Positions 39,451-50,084 of a DNA stretch of 64,000 nucleotides are shown here, piece by piece; position 1 is the first letter of the stretch, and each line of letters starts with the position of its first letter. Below the pieces are notes generated by a model. The model worked only from the letters and a program-made list of their open reading frames with translations. It ran no database searches and was not told where the DNA came from. Origin of the DNA: Candidatus Multivoradales bacterium (lineage in GTDB: Bacteria > Acidobacteriota > Thermoanaerobaculia > Multivoradales > JAHEKO01); assembly GCA_965248055.1 (NCBI GenBank), contig CBDFIJ010000004.1, positions 128,001 to 192,000 of the forward strand. The letters run 5' to 3'. The position numbers and the translations under genes were made by a program.

Positions 39451-40599
39451 CTAGCTCAGCAAGGAACGGGCGATCACCAAGCGTTGCATTTCGCTGGTTC
39501 CTTCATAAATCGTCGTTACCCGAACATCCCGGTAGAGGCGAGAAATCTCGTATTCATCGGAAAAGCCATTGCCGCCGTAGATTTGTAAAGCCTCGTAGCA
39601 AGCTTTGTTGGCCTTTTCCGAAGCGAGAAGTTTGGCTTGGGCAGCCCAGCGCCCAGCGTCGCGGCCGGCTTCTCTGGACGCCGCAGCCCGGGTCAACTGT
39701 CGACTGGCGGCCAAATCAGTGGCCATGGTTGCGATCTTGAACTGGATCTCTTGGTGTCTAGCCAAGGGAACTCCAAACTGAATACGATCTTGAGCGTAAG
39801 CCACCGACAGCTCAAGTGCCCTCTGGTGAATCCCCACTGACTGTGCCGCGATCCCCAACCGCGAATGGTCGAGCGTCGCCAAAGCAATCTTGAACCCCGC
39901 ACCTTCCTCGCCCAACCGATAATGAGCGGGAATCCGACAGCCGTCGAACCGCAATGACGCGGTGACCGAGGAACGAAGCCCCATCTTGTGCTCGCTGTCA
40001 GCCACAGAGAGTCCGGGGGCATCAGCCGGCACGATGAAAGCAGTGATTCCCCGATGTTTCGCTTCGGGATCGGTCTTGGCCAGCACCACATAGGCGTGAG
40101 CAATACCAGCGTTGGTTATCCATGCCTTCTCGCCGTTCAGAATCCAATCGTCGCCGTCTCGACGTGCCTGGGTACGCAATGAGGCGGCATCACTGCCGGA
40201 AGACGGTTCGGTTAAGCCAAATCCGCCGAGTTTTCCTTCGCTAGCCACCGGAGTTAAGAACTCATCGCACTGCTGGTCGCTACCAAAGTTTTGAATCGGC
40301 CAGCAAAACACCGAGTTGGTGACGCTCATGGTCACCGCAATCGATGCCGATGCCCTGGCGATCTCTTCCACCGCAATCACGTAGGACACCGGATCGAATC
40401 CGGCACCGCCACGCTTCTCATCCACCAGCATCGCCAAGAGCCCCAGCTCGCCCAACTCTGACACCACCTTGGTCGCGAAACGACGCTCTCGGTCGCGTTC
40501 TGCTTCGTCCGGGATAATGCGTTGGTCTGCGAATCGGCGAAGCTCTTCGCGCAGTAGCTTCTGTTCGGAATCCAGGGTAAAGGAAGGACCCGTATTCAC
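39451..40599 (-). CDS. Acyl-CoA dehydrogenase
   Basis: LTEP..GSDA, LNG.K.WITN, KMG.R.S, R.QFG, IYEGTSE. Confidence 0.95.
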   Translation of the reverse strand: MNTGPSFTLDSEQKLLREELRRFADQRIIPDEAERDRERRFATKVVSELGELGLLAMLVDEKRGGAGFDPVSYVIAVEEIARASASIAVTMSVTNSVFCWPIQNFGSDQQCDEFLTPVASEGKLGGFGLTEPSSGSDAASLRTQARRDGDDWILNGEKAWITNAGIAHAYVVLAKTDPEAKHRGITAFIVPADAPGLSVADSEHKMGLRSSVTASLRFDGCRIPAHYRLGEEGAGFKIALATLDHSRLGIAAQSVGIHQRALELSVAYAQDRIQFGVPLARHQEIQFKIATMATDLAASRQLTRAAASREAGRDAGRWAAQAKLLASEKANKACYEALQIYGGNGFSDEYEISRLYRDVRVTTIYEGTSEMQRLVIARSLLS

Positions 40600-41741
40600 G
40601 AGCGATTCAACACCCAGTCGGCGATCACCATCTTTTGCACCTCACTGGTCCCTTCGTAGATCTCAGTGATCCGGGCATCACGAAAATAGCGTTCGACGTT
40701 GTACTCCCGAGTGTAGCCGTAGCCGCCGTGAATCTGCAGAGCACGGCTGGTCACCCGCTGTGCCATCTCGGCAGTGAACAACTTGGCCTGTGCCGCTTCC
40801 AGGGTGTAACGCTTGCGGTTGTCTTTGGTCCAAGCAGCCTTCCAGGTCAGGATACGTCCAGCGTCAATCTCGGTAGACATGTCAGCCAGATAGAACTGGA
40901 TCGCCTGAAAACTGGCAATTGCACGACCGAATTGCTCCCGTTCCCCAGCGTAGGTGATCGCCTCCTCGAAGGCACCCTGGGCGATTCCTACCGCCTGGGC
41001 TGCGATTCCGACCCGTCCGCCATCTAGGGTAGACATCGCCACCTTGAAACCATCGCCCTCGCCACCCAGTCGGCGAGACGCCGGAACCCGCATGTCGGTA
41101 AACGCCAATTCGGTGGTGCCAGAAGCGTTGACCCCAAGCTTGTACTCATGAACCCCACGGGAAAACCCCTCGGTGCCGCAATCCACCACGAACGCAGTAA
41201 TTCCGCGATGCCCCGCCTCCAAGTCCACCGAGGCAAAGACGATCGCCTCATCGGCGTGGGTACCGTTAGTGATGAATACCTTATTGCCGTTCAAGATGTA
41301 GTCGTCGCCGTCGCGTACCGCGGTACTTCTGAGTGCTGCAGCGTCGCTTCCCGCGCCGGGCTCCGTAAGGGCAAAACAACCGAGTTTTTGGCCCGCCGCC
41401 AAAGGAGCCAGAAGTTCCTTTTTCTGCTCTTCGGTGCCGAACTTGTGGATCGGATCACAGACCAACGAATTGTTGACCGAAAGAATCACCCCGCTGGTGG
41501 CACAAATCCGACTGATCTCTTCGATTACTAGGCAATAGGAAATGCTCTCCATTCCCGACCCACCGTACTGTTCCGGAATGGCCACACCGGCCAGCCCCAT
41601 CTCGGCAGCTTGGTCAAAGAAATCGCGAGGAAAAATACCGGATTCGTCGATCTCTCGGGCGCGTGGACGCACCACCGCTTCGGCAAATTCTCGGACGCTC
41701 TCTTGTAGCAGCTTTTGCTCTTCGTTGAGTTTGATGTTCAT
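40596..41741 (-). CDS. Acyl-CoA dehydrogenase (butyryl-CoA type)
   Basis: FALTEPGAGSDA, GGRVGIAAQ, QIHGGYGY, RDARITEIYEGT. Confidence 0.96.
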   Translation of the reverse strand: MNIKLNEEQKLLQESVREFAEAVVRPRAREIDESGIFPRDFFDQAAEMGLAGVAIPEQYGGSGMESISYCLVIEEISRICATSGVILSVNNSLVCDPIHKFGTEEQKKELLAPLAAGQKLGCFALTEPGAGSDAAALRSTAVRDGDDYILNGNKVFITNGTHADEAIVFASVDLEAGHRGITAFVVDCGTEGFSRGVHEYKLGVNASGTTELAFTDMRVPASRRLGGEGDGFKVAMSTLDGGRVGIAAQAVGIAQGAFEEAITYAGEREQFGRAIASFQAIQFYLADMSTEIDAGRILTWKAAWTKDNRKRYTLEAAQAKLFTAEMAQRVTSRALQIHGGYGYTREYNVERYFRDARITEIYEGTSEVQKMVIADWVLNRS

Positions 41742-41876
41742 AGGCCTTCCGTGGTCAAACACAGCGCCCTGACGAACGGTCAGAAATCAATCGCTGCGAA
41801 GACAGATCGTAACAGACCGTGCGACCGATCCAACCGCTCAAATGATGAGCGCAAATACCTCTTATGGGATGCAGAA

Positions 41877-43247
41877 CTACCCTGTGTCGCGATCGATCCC
41901 GTACTGCTGCATCTTCTTATATAGGTTGGATCGAGGGGTCGAGATCGCTTTGGCAGTCTGGGTTACATTCCAGTCGTGCTCGGTCAGTTTTTGCCGTAGG
42001 TAAGCCTCTTCCGAAAGTTCGCGGAACTCTTTGAGGGTGGCAACGGAATAGAGCCCACCGAGCTGCGCGTCGCCACTGTGCGACGAGCCTGCGATCGACA
42101 GATCCTGGGCCTGAATCACCTCGCCAGGTGAGAGGATCACCAGTCGCTCAACCAAGTTCTTGAGTTCACGAACGTTGCCCGGCCAGGGCATCGCGGTGAG
42201 CGCGTTTAGTGCGTCGGGCGAGAATCCGGTCTTAGCCGCCCCATAGCGATCGGCAAACAGACGAAGGAAGTAGTCAGCGAGTTCGGCGATGTCGCTGCCC
42301 CGCTCGCGCAATGGCGGAGTTGACGCTGGCACCACGTTCAGTCGGTAAAACAGATCCTCTCGAAATCCGCCGGTCTCGATTTCCTTTTCAAGATCCTTGT
42401 TGGTGGCGGCGATCACCCGAACGTTAACCCGAACCACCTGTTCGGTGCCGATCCGCTCCAGTTCCCCGCTCTGCAGGACTCGCAGCACCTTGGCCTGGGT
42501 GCGAGCCGACATATCGCCCACTTCATCGAGAAAAATGGTGCCGCGATCCGCCGCCACAAACTTCCCCACTTGCTTGCGAATGGCACCGGTAAAGCTGCCC
42601 TTTTCATGACCAAACAGTTCCGACTCGATCAACTCCTCGGGAATCGCCGCGCAGTTCACCTGCACCATCGGGCGGGCGCGGCGCTTACTCAGGGCATGAA
42701 TCTCCGCTGCCACTAATTCCTTTCCAGTGCCGCTCTCTCCGGTAATCAAGACCGTGGCTTCGGTGGGCGCCGCTCGCTCGATCAATTTGCGCAGTTCCTG
42801 CATCGGACCGGAGCTACCGATCATCGGATCCGCGCCTCCAGGACCCCGCCGGACCTCTTGATTCAAGCGCCGGTTTTCGACCGCATTGCGCAAGCTCAAC
42901 AAGACTCGCTCGCGCTCCAAAGGTTTCTCGAGAAAATCGAAAGCACCTCTGCGGGTGGCTTCGACCGCGGTGGAGACGTCTCCGTGTCCGGTAATCATCA
43001 TCACCGGCAAGGACTCGCCAGCTTCGTGAATCCGCTGCAGCACTTCCATGCCATCGATATCCGGCATCTTGATGTCGAGAAAAACTGCATCCGGCGGCTG
43101 CTTCTTAATCTTGACCAGCGCCTCGTGGCCACCGGCGGCCTCTCGGACCTCGTAGCCCTCGTGTTCCAGAATCATCCGCAGACTGCTGCGGATCCCGTCT
43201 TCGTCGTCAACGATCAAAACCGTTGCTAGTTGTCTGTTCTTGCTCAT
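41877..43247 (-). CDS. Sigma54-type response regulator (NtrX/NtrC family)
   Basis: Receiver domain, AAA+ domain (GESGTGKE, ELFGHEKGSFTGA, FLDE, WPGNVREL), Fis-type HTH. Confidence 0.94.
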   Translation of the reverse strand: MSKNRQLATVLIVDDEDGIRSSLRMILEHEGYEVREAAGGHEALVKIKKQPPDAVFLDIKMPDIDGMEVLQRIHEAGESLPVMMITGHGDVSTAVEATRRGAFDFLEKPLERERVLLSLRNAVENRRLNQEVRRGPGGADPMIGSSGPMQELRKLIERAAPTEATVLITGESGTGKELVAAEIHALSKRRARPMVQVNCAAIPEELIESELFGHEKGSFTGAIRKQVGKFVAADRGTIFLDEVGDMSARTQAKVLRVLQSGELERIGTEQVVRVNVRVIAATNKDLEKEIETGGFREDLFYRLNVVPASTPPLRERGSDIAELADYFLRLFADRYGAAKTGFSPDALNALTAMPWPGNVRELKNLVERLVILSPGEVIQAQDLSIAGSSHSGDAQLGGLYSVATLKEFRELSEEAYLRQKLTEHDWNVTQTAKAISTPRSNLYKKMQQYGIDRDTG

Positions 43248-43426
43248 CTTGCCGAGTCTACGACGAGTTCCACTGGGCGGGGGAAAACGCCGAAAGATGC
43301 ACGGACTCCACCAGCGCACGGACGACCCATGGACTGCGTCCTTGTGTCGCCAAGAGCGCCGACTGAAATGGCTCTAGACCAATACGCGACCGGGTGTTCT
43401 GAGATCTGAGATCTGAAAATGCCGAC

Positions 43427-44944
43427 CTAGGGCACCTTAGGAAAGGCAAACAACGGTGGCCACTCCTGGCCCCCTTGTTGGAAACGACGCACGTAGACCC
43501 TAACTCGGTTGCCCGAAGAGGTTGCATTGATTGCCCGCTCAAACTCGGAGACCGAACCGATTGATTCACCGTTGACACTGGTGATCACCTGCACCAAGCC
43601 TGGAGTCGTGCGCACCCCATCATCGTAGAACGGGCTGTCTGGCGCGACGTCCACAATCAGTACACCTCGCAAATCATCCGGCAAACCGTGAGCTCGGCTC
43701 ATCGCAGCATCCATGTCCTGATAGCGGAGTCCCATCCAGGACAAACCGCTGGGCTCAACTTCTCCCACGGCTTGTTGAGCATTGATCGCTTCTCGCTCAG
43801 CAAGCTGAACCGTGGTCTCGAAATCCTCGCCGCCGCGTACTCCGCGCAGCGACACCTTCACGTCAGGCCCCAAATCGGAGACATAGTCGATTAGCTCTCG
43901 AGTCTCACCCAGCTTGCGACCGTCGACCTCTAACAGGACATCACCAACCAGCAATCCAGCCTGGTCAGCTGGAGTCCCGCTGTTGACCTCACTCACCAGA
44001 ATGCCTGATCCCGGTTCGAGCCCGTACGCTTCGGCAGCCCGGTAGTCCATTTCTCGAATCTGGATACCCAGGTAACCGCGCCGCACCCTGCCCTCGTCGC
44101 GCAGCTGCGGGAGAATTCGCGCCAGGGTGTTGGCTGGAACCGCAAAGCCGATGTTCTCTGAGCCGTAGTTGACCGCAGTGTTGATGCCGATCACCTCGCC
44201 ACGCAGGTTGACCAAGGGGCCTCCGGAGTTACCAAAATTGATCGCTGCATCAGTCTGGATGTAGTTGGAGAACGAAGAATCGCCGATCGGTACCCGACGA
44301 CCTTTGGCGCTGACCACGCCAACCGTCACCGAGTTCTCCAAGCCACCGGGGCTGCCGATCGCCATCACCCACTCACCGGGTCGAACCCCGGCGGAATCCC
44401 CGATCGGCAAGACTGGCAAATCATCGCCGGCGTCAATCCGCAGCAAAGCCAAGTCGGTTTCCGGATCAACGCCAACCACTTCTGCTTGGTGTGTGCGGTC
44501 ACCGAGCGAAACCTCAATCTTGTTCGCTCCTTCAACCACATGATTATTGGTGACGATCAAGCCGCTGGGATCGACAACGAAACCAGAGCCGCCTCCATCC
44601 CGTCGCCGCTCAGGCTGTCCCTCCTGCTGCCGTTCCCGAGGACGACCAAAAAGATCATTGAAGAAATCCTGGGGAGAGGGTCGCTGTTCGTCGGACCAAC
44701 TTGCGACCGTGACCAGCACCACCGCTGGGGAGACCTGCTCCGCCAACGATGCGAAATCAGGGAAACTGCCCGGAGTGGCCAACGGAGTGGTGATCCTTTG
44801 GGGAACCTGAACCCTATCTTGAGTGCGTACTTCGGAGGCTTGAGAAGTGCTGAAGCCACCGCCGAAGATCAGGGCAAGGCAAACGAATGCCAAAAGCCCA
44901 GAGAAGATCGCAAATGGTCGATGTTGTGGTTGAGTGTTTAGCAT
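43427..44944 (-). CDS. DegP/DegQ (Do) periplasmic serine endoprotease
   Basis: GSGF, TNNHVV, DLALL, TDAAINFGNSGGPL, two PDZ domains. Confidence 0.95.
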   Translation of the reverse strand: MLNTQPQHRPFAIFSGLLAFVCLALIFGGGFSTSQASEVRTQDRVQVPQRITTPLATPGSFPDFASLAEQVSPAVVLVTVASWSDEQRPSPQDFFNDLFGRPRERQQEGQPERRRDGGGSGFVVDPSGLIVTNNHVVEGANKIEVSLGDRTHQAEVVGVDPETDLALLRIDAGDDLPVLPIGDSAGVRPGEWVMAIGSPGGLENSVTVGVVSAKGRRVPIGDSSFSNYIQTDAAINFGNSGGPLVNLRGEVIGINTAVNYGSENIGFAVPANTLARILPQLRDEGRVRRGYLGIQIREMDYRAAEAYGLEPGSGILVSEVNSGTPADQAGLLVGDVLLEVDGRKLGETRELIDYVSDLGPDVKVSLRGVRGGEDFETTVQLAEREAINAQQAVGEVEPSGLSWMGLRYQDMDAAMSRAHGLPDDLRGVLIVDVAPDSPFYDDGVRTTPGLVQVITSVNGESIGSVSEFERAINATSSGNRVRVYVRRFQQGGQEWPPLFAFPKVP

Positions 44945-45158
44945 GAATATCTTGTCCTTACTCTCGCTGTTAAAACGCTGTCGGTCCGCCCGGTCGTCAC
45001 AAAGCGCACCGGGGCGCATCCCTTCGATATCTGATAGCAAGCGTCATGCCTGCCAGACTGCTGACTAAAAGAGCTGCAAATTGCTAGCGGGATAGCGAGC
45101 GAGTTGCTTGCGATCCAGCCTTTCGTCCCCTTATACTCCGTTGTGCGTGGTGAGGTCT

Positions 45159-45190
45159 GGGGAGTGGGCGGGAGCCCACCCCTTTTTTTT
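45159..45190 (+). terminator. rimP leader terminator-like hairpin (attenuator)
   Basis: GGGGAGTGGGC-GGGA-GCCCACCCC followed by T8. Lies between a TTGCGA-N18-TATACT promoter (45108-45137) and rimP. Confidence 0.8.
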
Positions 45191-45243
45191 GACTTTAGAA
45201 ATCGCAACGAGAAGGTTAACAAGAAACATATTTGACTCGAAAG

Positions 45244-45696
45244 ATGCCCGGTCTACCATCCGACTTACGCCAAGAACTGGAGCTCGCAGTTGAAGACTGC
45301 TGCTGTGTTCTGATTCACCTAGATTACCAGGGGAACCTGTTGCGGGTGATGATCGAAAACCCAGAGGAAACCACGGTTTCCGACTGCGAGCGTGTCTCGA
45401 GACGAATTTCGCCGATTCTCGATGTCCATGAATTTGGCACCCGTAAATACCTATTGGAAGTCACCTCCCCTGGGCTCGACCGACCGCTCTTTGGACCGAA
45501 AGACTACCAACGTTTTGCTGGACGCACAGTCAAGGTGCAATGGCAAAACGAAGAAGGCAAAAGGACTGACACCGGCGTTTTGTCGGACTTCCATGCTCAG
45601 CGCGATGAGGCGCTGCGCTTGGTCGACGAGCAAGACCACCTGCTAAGAATTCCTGTCGACGCAGTCCTCAACGCTAGATTAGAAATCGAACTGTAG
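45244..45696 (+). CDS. rimP: Ribosome maturation factor RimP
   Basis: DCERVSR.IS..LD, YLLEV.SPGLDRPL. Confidence 0.95.
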   Translation: MPGLPSDLRQELELAVEDCCCVLIHLDYQGNLLRVMIENPEETTVSDCERVSRRISPILDVHEFGTRKYLLEVTSPGLDRPLFGPKDYQRFAGRTVKVQWQNEEGKRTDTGVLSDFHAQRDEALRLVDEQDHLLRIPVDAVLNARLEIEL

Positions 45697-45707
45697 GAGT
45701 ACGACTG

Positions 45708-47147
45708 ATGGCAACCGCACAAACGCCGAGCATCAATTTTCGCGAAGTATTGCGTCAAGTTGCGTTTGAAAAAGACATTGACCTGGATCACTGGGTCTCG
45801 GCCCTGGAAGACGCCATGGCGTCAGCCGCCAAAAAACAACATCACATCAAAGAGCCGGTCCGCGCGACTCTCGATCCGGACACCGGCGAATTTGAAGCGT
45901 TCATCGTCCGACAAGTGGTTGAAGAGGTTGAAGATCCCTTTGCCGAATGGACTCTGGAAGAAGCTCAGGAGCACGATCCAGATGCCGAGATCGGGGTCAA
46001 TATCGAGATTCCCCTTTCCACCGAAGGACTGGGACGGATCGCCGCGCAATCCGCCAAGCAGGTGCTGTTTCAGCGCATCCGTGAGGCCGAGCGCGAGAAG
46101 ATTCATGACGAGTACATCGACCGTATCGGAGAAGTTCTCACCGGTACCGTGAAACGCTTTGATCGTGGCGAAGTGATCGTCGATCTGGGACGCGTCGAGG
46201 CCGCTGTACCCCGCTCTGAGCAGTCTCGTTTTGAACGCTACAACCCAGGCGAGCGAATTCGCGCGGTGTTGGTCGACGTTCACACCAAGCCCAAGGGAGC
46301 CCAAGTGGTGCTCTCGCGGACCGACCCGCGATTGCTCACCAAGTTCTTTGAGATGGAGGTGCCCGAGATTTACGACGGCACGGTCCAGATCAAAGCGGCA
46401 GTCCGCGCCCCAGGCGAACGCGCCAAAGTGGCAGTTGTCAGCCGCGAGCGGGATGTCGATCCGGTCGGCGCGTGCGTCGGTATGAAGGGTTCTCGAGTGC
46501 AAGCGATCATTCGCGAACTGAGAGGGGAAAAGATCGACATCATCGAGTGGAGTGATGACTTGGTAACTCTCGCCCAAGCGGCACTGGCTCCGGCCAGGAT
46601 TACTCGGGTCTCGGTTACCCATCACGAGGATGGCCCTCACCTCGATGTGATCGTGGAAGACGAGCAGCTTTCTCTGGCCATCGGTCGCCGCGGACAAAAC
46701 GTCCGGCTAGCTTCTGAACTGCTGAGAGCGCGAATCGACATTAAGAGCGAAAGCGATGTCAAAGATGAGGTCACCGACGCTCTCGCTAAGATGCTGCAGA
46801 CCGCCATGGCGGAAGAGGAAGCTAAGGACGAGGTCGTTGCCGAGTTCAGCCTTACCGATATCCCTGGGGTCGGCGCCAAAACCGCCGAAGCCCTGGAAAA
46901 GGGCGACTACACATCGGCGGCTGACTTTGCCAGTGCTTCCGCCGAAGACTTGGTAACGATTGATGGCGTCGGGCCAGCCCTGGCAGAGAAAATCGTTGCT
47001 TGGGCGCAAGAGCAAGGAAGTGCCGAACCAGTCTCCTTCCCGGGGGTTGGCAGCAGCACCGCTCCCCCGGCGATGGCGGACCAAGACTTTATGGCGGCTT
47101 TGAACCGTGCGTTTGAAGAGTCGGCGGGCGGAGAAGAGGAAGAGTAG
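45708..47147 (+). CDS. nusA: Transcription termination factor NusA
   Basis: GRIAAQSAKQV, S1 and KH domains, DPVGACVGMKGSRV, AIGRRGQNVRLA, C-terminal HhH. Confidence 0.98.
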   Translation: MATAQTPSINFREVLRQVAFEKDIDLDHWVSALEDAMASAAKKQHHIKEPVRATLDPDTGEFEAFIVRQVVEEVEDPFAEWTLEEAQEHDPDAEIGVNIEIPLSTEGLGRIAAQSAKQVLFQRIREAEREKIHDEYIDRIGEVLTGTVKRFDRGEVIVDLGRVEAAVPRSEQSRFERYNPGERIRAVLVDVHTKPKGAQVVLSRTDPRLLTKFFEMEVPEIYDGTVQIKAAVRAPGERAKVAVVSRERDVDPVGACVGMKGSRVQAIIRELRGEKIDIIEWSDDLVTLAQAALAPARITRVSVTHHEDGPHLDVIVEDEQLSLAIGRRGQNVRLASELLRARIDIKSESDVKDEVTDALAKMLQTAMAEEEAKDEVVAEFSLTDIPGVGAKTAEALEKGDYTSAADFASASAEDLVTIDGVGPALAEKIVAWAQEQGSAEPVSFPGVGSSTAPPAMADQDFMAALNRAFEESAGGEEEE

Positions 47148-47200
47148 CCAGACGTGCGTAAGGCAGTCAAAAGAGCCATACCGCAAAGCGGAAGGACGTA

Positions 47201-49495
47201 ATGGGAAAGATTCCGGTCAAACAACTAGCACAGGCGATGGGCCTCTCTGAGCAGGACCTGCTGTTCAAACTCAAAGGGATTGGGGTCCTGGTCAACGAGA
47301 AAGATCCGCACATCGACTCGGAAGCGGTGCAAGCACTGCTCGCGGGTAAGCAGGTCTCTCAGCAACCACGTGACGTCATCCTTCGTGACGCTGCGGCCTC
47401 CAAGCACATTCCTCCCCCGAAGACCAAGGTGGTACGACGGATGCCGACGATGCCGCAACGTCCGCAACGACGTCGGCCCGCTATCGTGCAAAAAGCCAAC
47501 ACCCAGATCAAGACCATCCCCTCGACCCGGCCAGCAACTCCACCACCAACCGCTACTCCAGTCGCCCCTGCGCCTGCAGCCCCGGTCAGCGAGGAGAAAA
47601 CTGCGGTTGAAGCACAGCAGCCCGGCGTCACCACCGCCACGCCAGTACCGACTCAACCGGTCGAGGTGGTCGAGACCAAAGCCCGTCGGCGCAAGAAACA
47701 GTCCTCCTCCGCCAGTCTGGCGGTCAACCCTCCGGTAACGCCGGTACCGCTATCCGAAGCGATGACCGTGCGCGACCTCGCCGAAGACCTCGGAGTGCGA
47801 GCCAAGGATCTGCTCTCTCATTTGTTCGGACAAGGTTTGATGATGACCATCAACCAAACCTTGGACGTAGAAATCGCTGCGGAAATCCTGGATGGCCTGG
47901 AGCTCGAGTACGAACAGTTGACCTTCGAGGAATCTGTCCAGCGCGATGAACAGGCAAGCGAAGGCGATACCGAGGCTGATTTGGTACTCCGCGCTCCGGT
48001 GATCACCATCATGGGTCATGTCGACCACGGAAAGACCACACTGTTGGACGGTATTCGTTCCTCCAAGGTGGTCGAAGGCGAGCACGGCGGCATCACCCAG
48101 CACATTGGCGCCTATCAGATTGAGTACCACGGCAAGAAACTGGTATTCCTCGACACCCCGGGTCATGAAGCGTTCACCCGCATGCGTGCTCGCGGCGCCC
48201 AGGCTACCGACATCGTGGTGTTGGTGGTAGCCGCGGACGACGGCGTAATGCCGCAGACCAAAGAAGCCATCGACCACGCCCAGGCGGCCGGAGTGCCGAT
48301 CGTCGTGGCAATGAACAAAATTGACAAGAACAACGCCAATCCGGATCGCCTCAAGCAGGGGCTGTCGGAGAACGGGCTAGTCGTCGAGGACTGGGGCGGC
48401 GACATTGTCTGTGTGCCGATGTCGGCGGTCAAACGCGAAGGCATCGACGAGTTGCTGGAGATCTTGGTGCTGACGGCCGATCTCTTGGAGCTCAAGGCCA
48501 CCCCGGACAAGCAGGCCCAAGGCGTGGTTCTCGAAGCGCGTAAGGAAACCGGGCGCGGCAACGTGGCAACCGTCTTAGTGCAGGAAGGCACGCTCAACAC
48601 GTCGGACATCTTTGTCGCCGGCGCCATTTGGGGTCGAGTGCGTTCGATGACCAACGATCTAGGAAAACGCATCAAGCATGCCGAACCGGCAACACCGGTT
48701 GAGGTGACTGGATTCAGCGGCTTGCCAGAGGCCGGAGATACCTTCCAGGTGGTCACCGATGAGTCGCAGGCGCGCAGCATCGTTGAATTCCGCCAGCAGG
48801 AGCAACGCGAGCGCCAGTTGGGTGAGGGTGAGGGCAAGACCTCGCTGGACCAACTGTTTGCCCGTATGCAGGCCGGGGTGGTTCAGGAACTGCCGGTGAT
48901 CATCAAAGCCGACGTACGCGGTTCAGCGGAAGTCTTGGCCGACACCATCGCCAAACTTTCAACCGACAAGGTTCAGGTGAAGACCATCAGCTCTGGGATT
49001 GGTGCGATCACGACCAATGACGTACTCCTGGCGTCGGCCTCCAACGCGATCATCATCGGCTTCAATGTCCGACCTGAGAAAAACGCCCGCGACTTGGCAG
49101 AGCAAGAAGAAGTCGAGATTCGCCAGCATCGTGTGATCTACGAACTGACCGATGAAATCAAGAACGCCATGCTCGGCATTTTGCCGCCGACGTTCCAGGA
49201 GAAACTCCTCGGCCAGGCGGAGATCCGCGAACTGTTCAAGGTACCCAAAGTCGGGCAGGTGGCGGGTTGTCATGTGACCGAGGGAACCATCACCCGCAAG
49301 GCTGGGGTTCGCCTGCTACGTGACAACGTGGTGATTCATGAGGGCAAAATCGGTGCTTTGAGGCGCTTCAAAGACGACGCCTCGGAAGTTAGAGCTGGCT
49401 TCGACTGTGGAATCCGCTTGGAGTCCTACCAAGACTTCAAACCTGGTGACATCATCGAAGCCTTCGTCCAAGAAGAGATCGCTCCGACGCTCTAG
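47201..49495 (+). CDS. infB: Translation initiation factor IF-2
   Basis: [35 protein letters not shown]. Confidence 0.98.
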   Translation: MGKIPVKQLAQAMGLSEQDLLFKLKGIGVLVNEKDPHIDSEAVQALLAGKQVSQQPRDVILRDAAASKHIPPPKTKVVRRMPTMPQRPQRRRPAIVQKANTQIKTIPSTRPATPPPTATPVAPAPAAPVSEEKTAVEAQQPGVTTATPVPTQPVEVVETKARRRKKQSSSASLAVNPPVTPVPLSEAMTVRDLAEDLGVRAKDLLSHLFGQGLMMTINQTLDVEIAAEILDGLELEYEQLTFEESVQRDEQASEGDTEADLVLRAPVITIMGHVDHGKTTLLDGIRSSKVVEGEHGGITQHIGAYQIEYHGKKLVFLDTPGHEAFTRMRARGAQATDIVVLVVAADDGVMPQTKEAIDHAQAAGVPIVVAMNKIDKNNANPDRLKQGLSENGLVVEDWGGDIVCVPMSAVKREGIDELLEILVLTADLLELKATPDKQAQGVVLEARKETGRGNVATVLVQEGTLNTSDIFVAGAIWGRVRSMTNDLGKRIKHAEPATPVEVTGFSGLPEAGDTFQVVTDESQARSIVEFRQQEQRERQLGEGEGKTSLDQLFARMQAGVVQELPVIIKADVRGSAEVLADTIAKLSTDKVQVKTISSGIGAITTNDVLLASASNAIIIGFNVRPEKNARDLAEQEEVEIRQHRVIYELTDEIKNAMLGILPPTFQEKLLGQAEIRELFKVPKVGQVAGCHVTEGTITRKAGVRLLRDNVVIHEGKIGALRRFKDDASEVRAGFDCGIRLESYQDFKPGDIIEAFVQEEIAPTL

Positions 49496-49628
49496 TTCTT
49501 CGACTGGCAGCTGGTTCTGTTCGATGAGGGTGCCTGTGGGGCAGACTATTCTGACCCTAACAAGCGCTCGCGGAGTCTCTGTCGCCGCGCCTCAATGCCG
49601 AATTTCTGCCAAGACCAACACCAGCAAA

Positions 49629-49674
49629 ACACCTACTACCCAAAAACCCTACTACCAAGAACCCTACTACCAAG
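49629..49674. repeat. 15-bp tandem repeat in the infB-rbfA spacer
   Basis: AACCCTACTACCAAG twice exactly (49645-49674), preceded by one degenerate unit. Confidence 0.85.
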
Positions 49675-49730
49675 TGTCACTGATTTGACCGTGCTAGCCA
49701 TACACCAAGACCCAATTCTCTGGGATCGCC

Positions 49731-50084
49731 ATGAGTCGTAGACAGCTTCGAGTTGAAGACTTGTTGCGCAGTGAGATCTCGGCGATTCTGCGCACCGAAG
49801 TCGCAGATCCTCGCGCCCGTCTGGCCAGTGTCAGTCGAGTTCACGTCAGCGCTGACCTCGGCCGCGCCGAGGTTTTCGTGTCGGTTTTGAGTGCTGTCGA
49901 AGCCGATACGCTAGAGCCTGCGCTGCAACACGCCGCCGGTTTTATTCGCAAACGGTTGGCCACTCGGCTCAAATCGATGAAGCGAATCCCGCTTCTGGTG
50001 TTCCACGCCGATCACGGCGCTGAGCACAGTCAGTACATCGAAGACCTGTTGCAAGAGATGAAGCATGAGCGTTCCGATCCCTGA
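49731..50084 (+). CDS. rbfA: Ribosome-binding factor A
   Basis: R..RV...L..EIS.IL...DPR, V.VS.DL..A.VFV, AAGFIR..L. Confidence 0.95.
   Translation: MSRRQLRVEDLLRSEISAILRTEVADPRARLASVSRVHVSADLGRAEVFVSVLSAVEADTLEPALQHAAGFIRKRLATRLKSMKRIPLLVFHADHGAEHSQYIEDLLQEMKHERSDP

Noticed and set aside
45822-49273. Antisense ORFs over nusA and infB (similar ones over leuS, dnaE, pnp, metG)
   Set aside because: Typical antisense shadows caused by codon bias.
49629-49674. Possible mini-CRISPR
   Set aside because: The units are contiguous 15-mers with no spacers, and there are no cas genes in the window.
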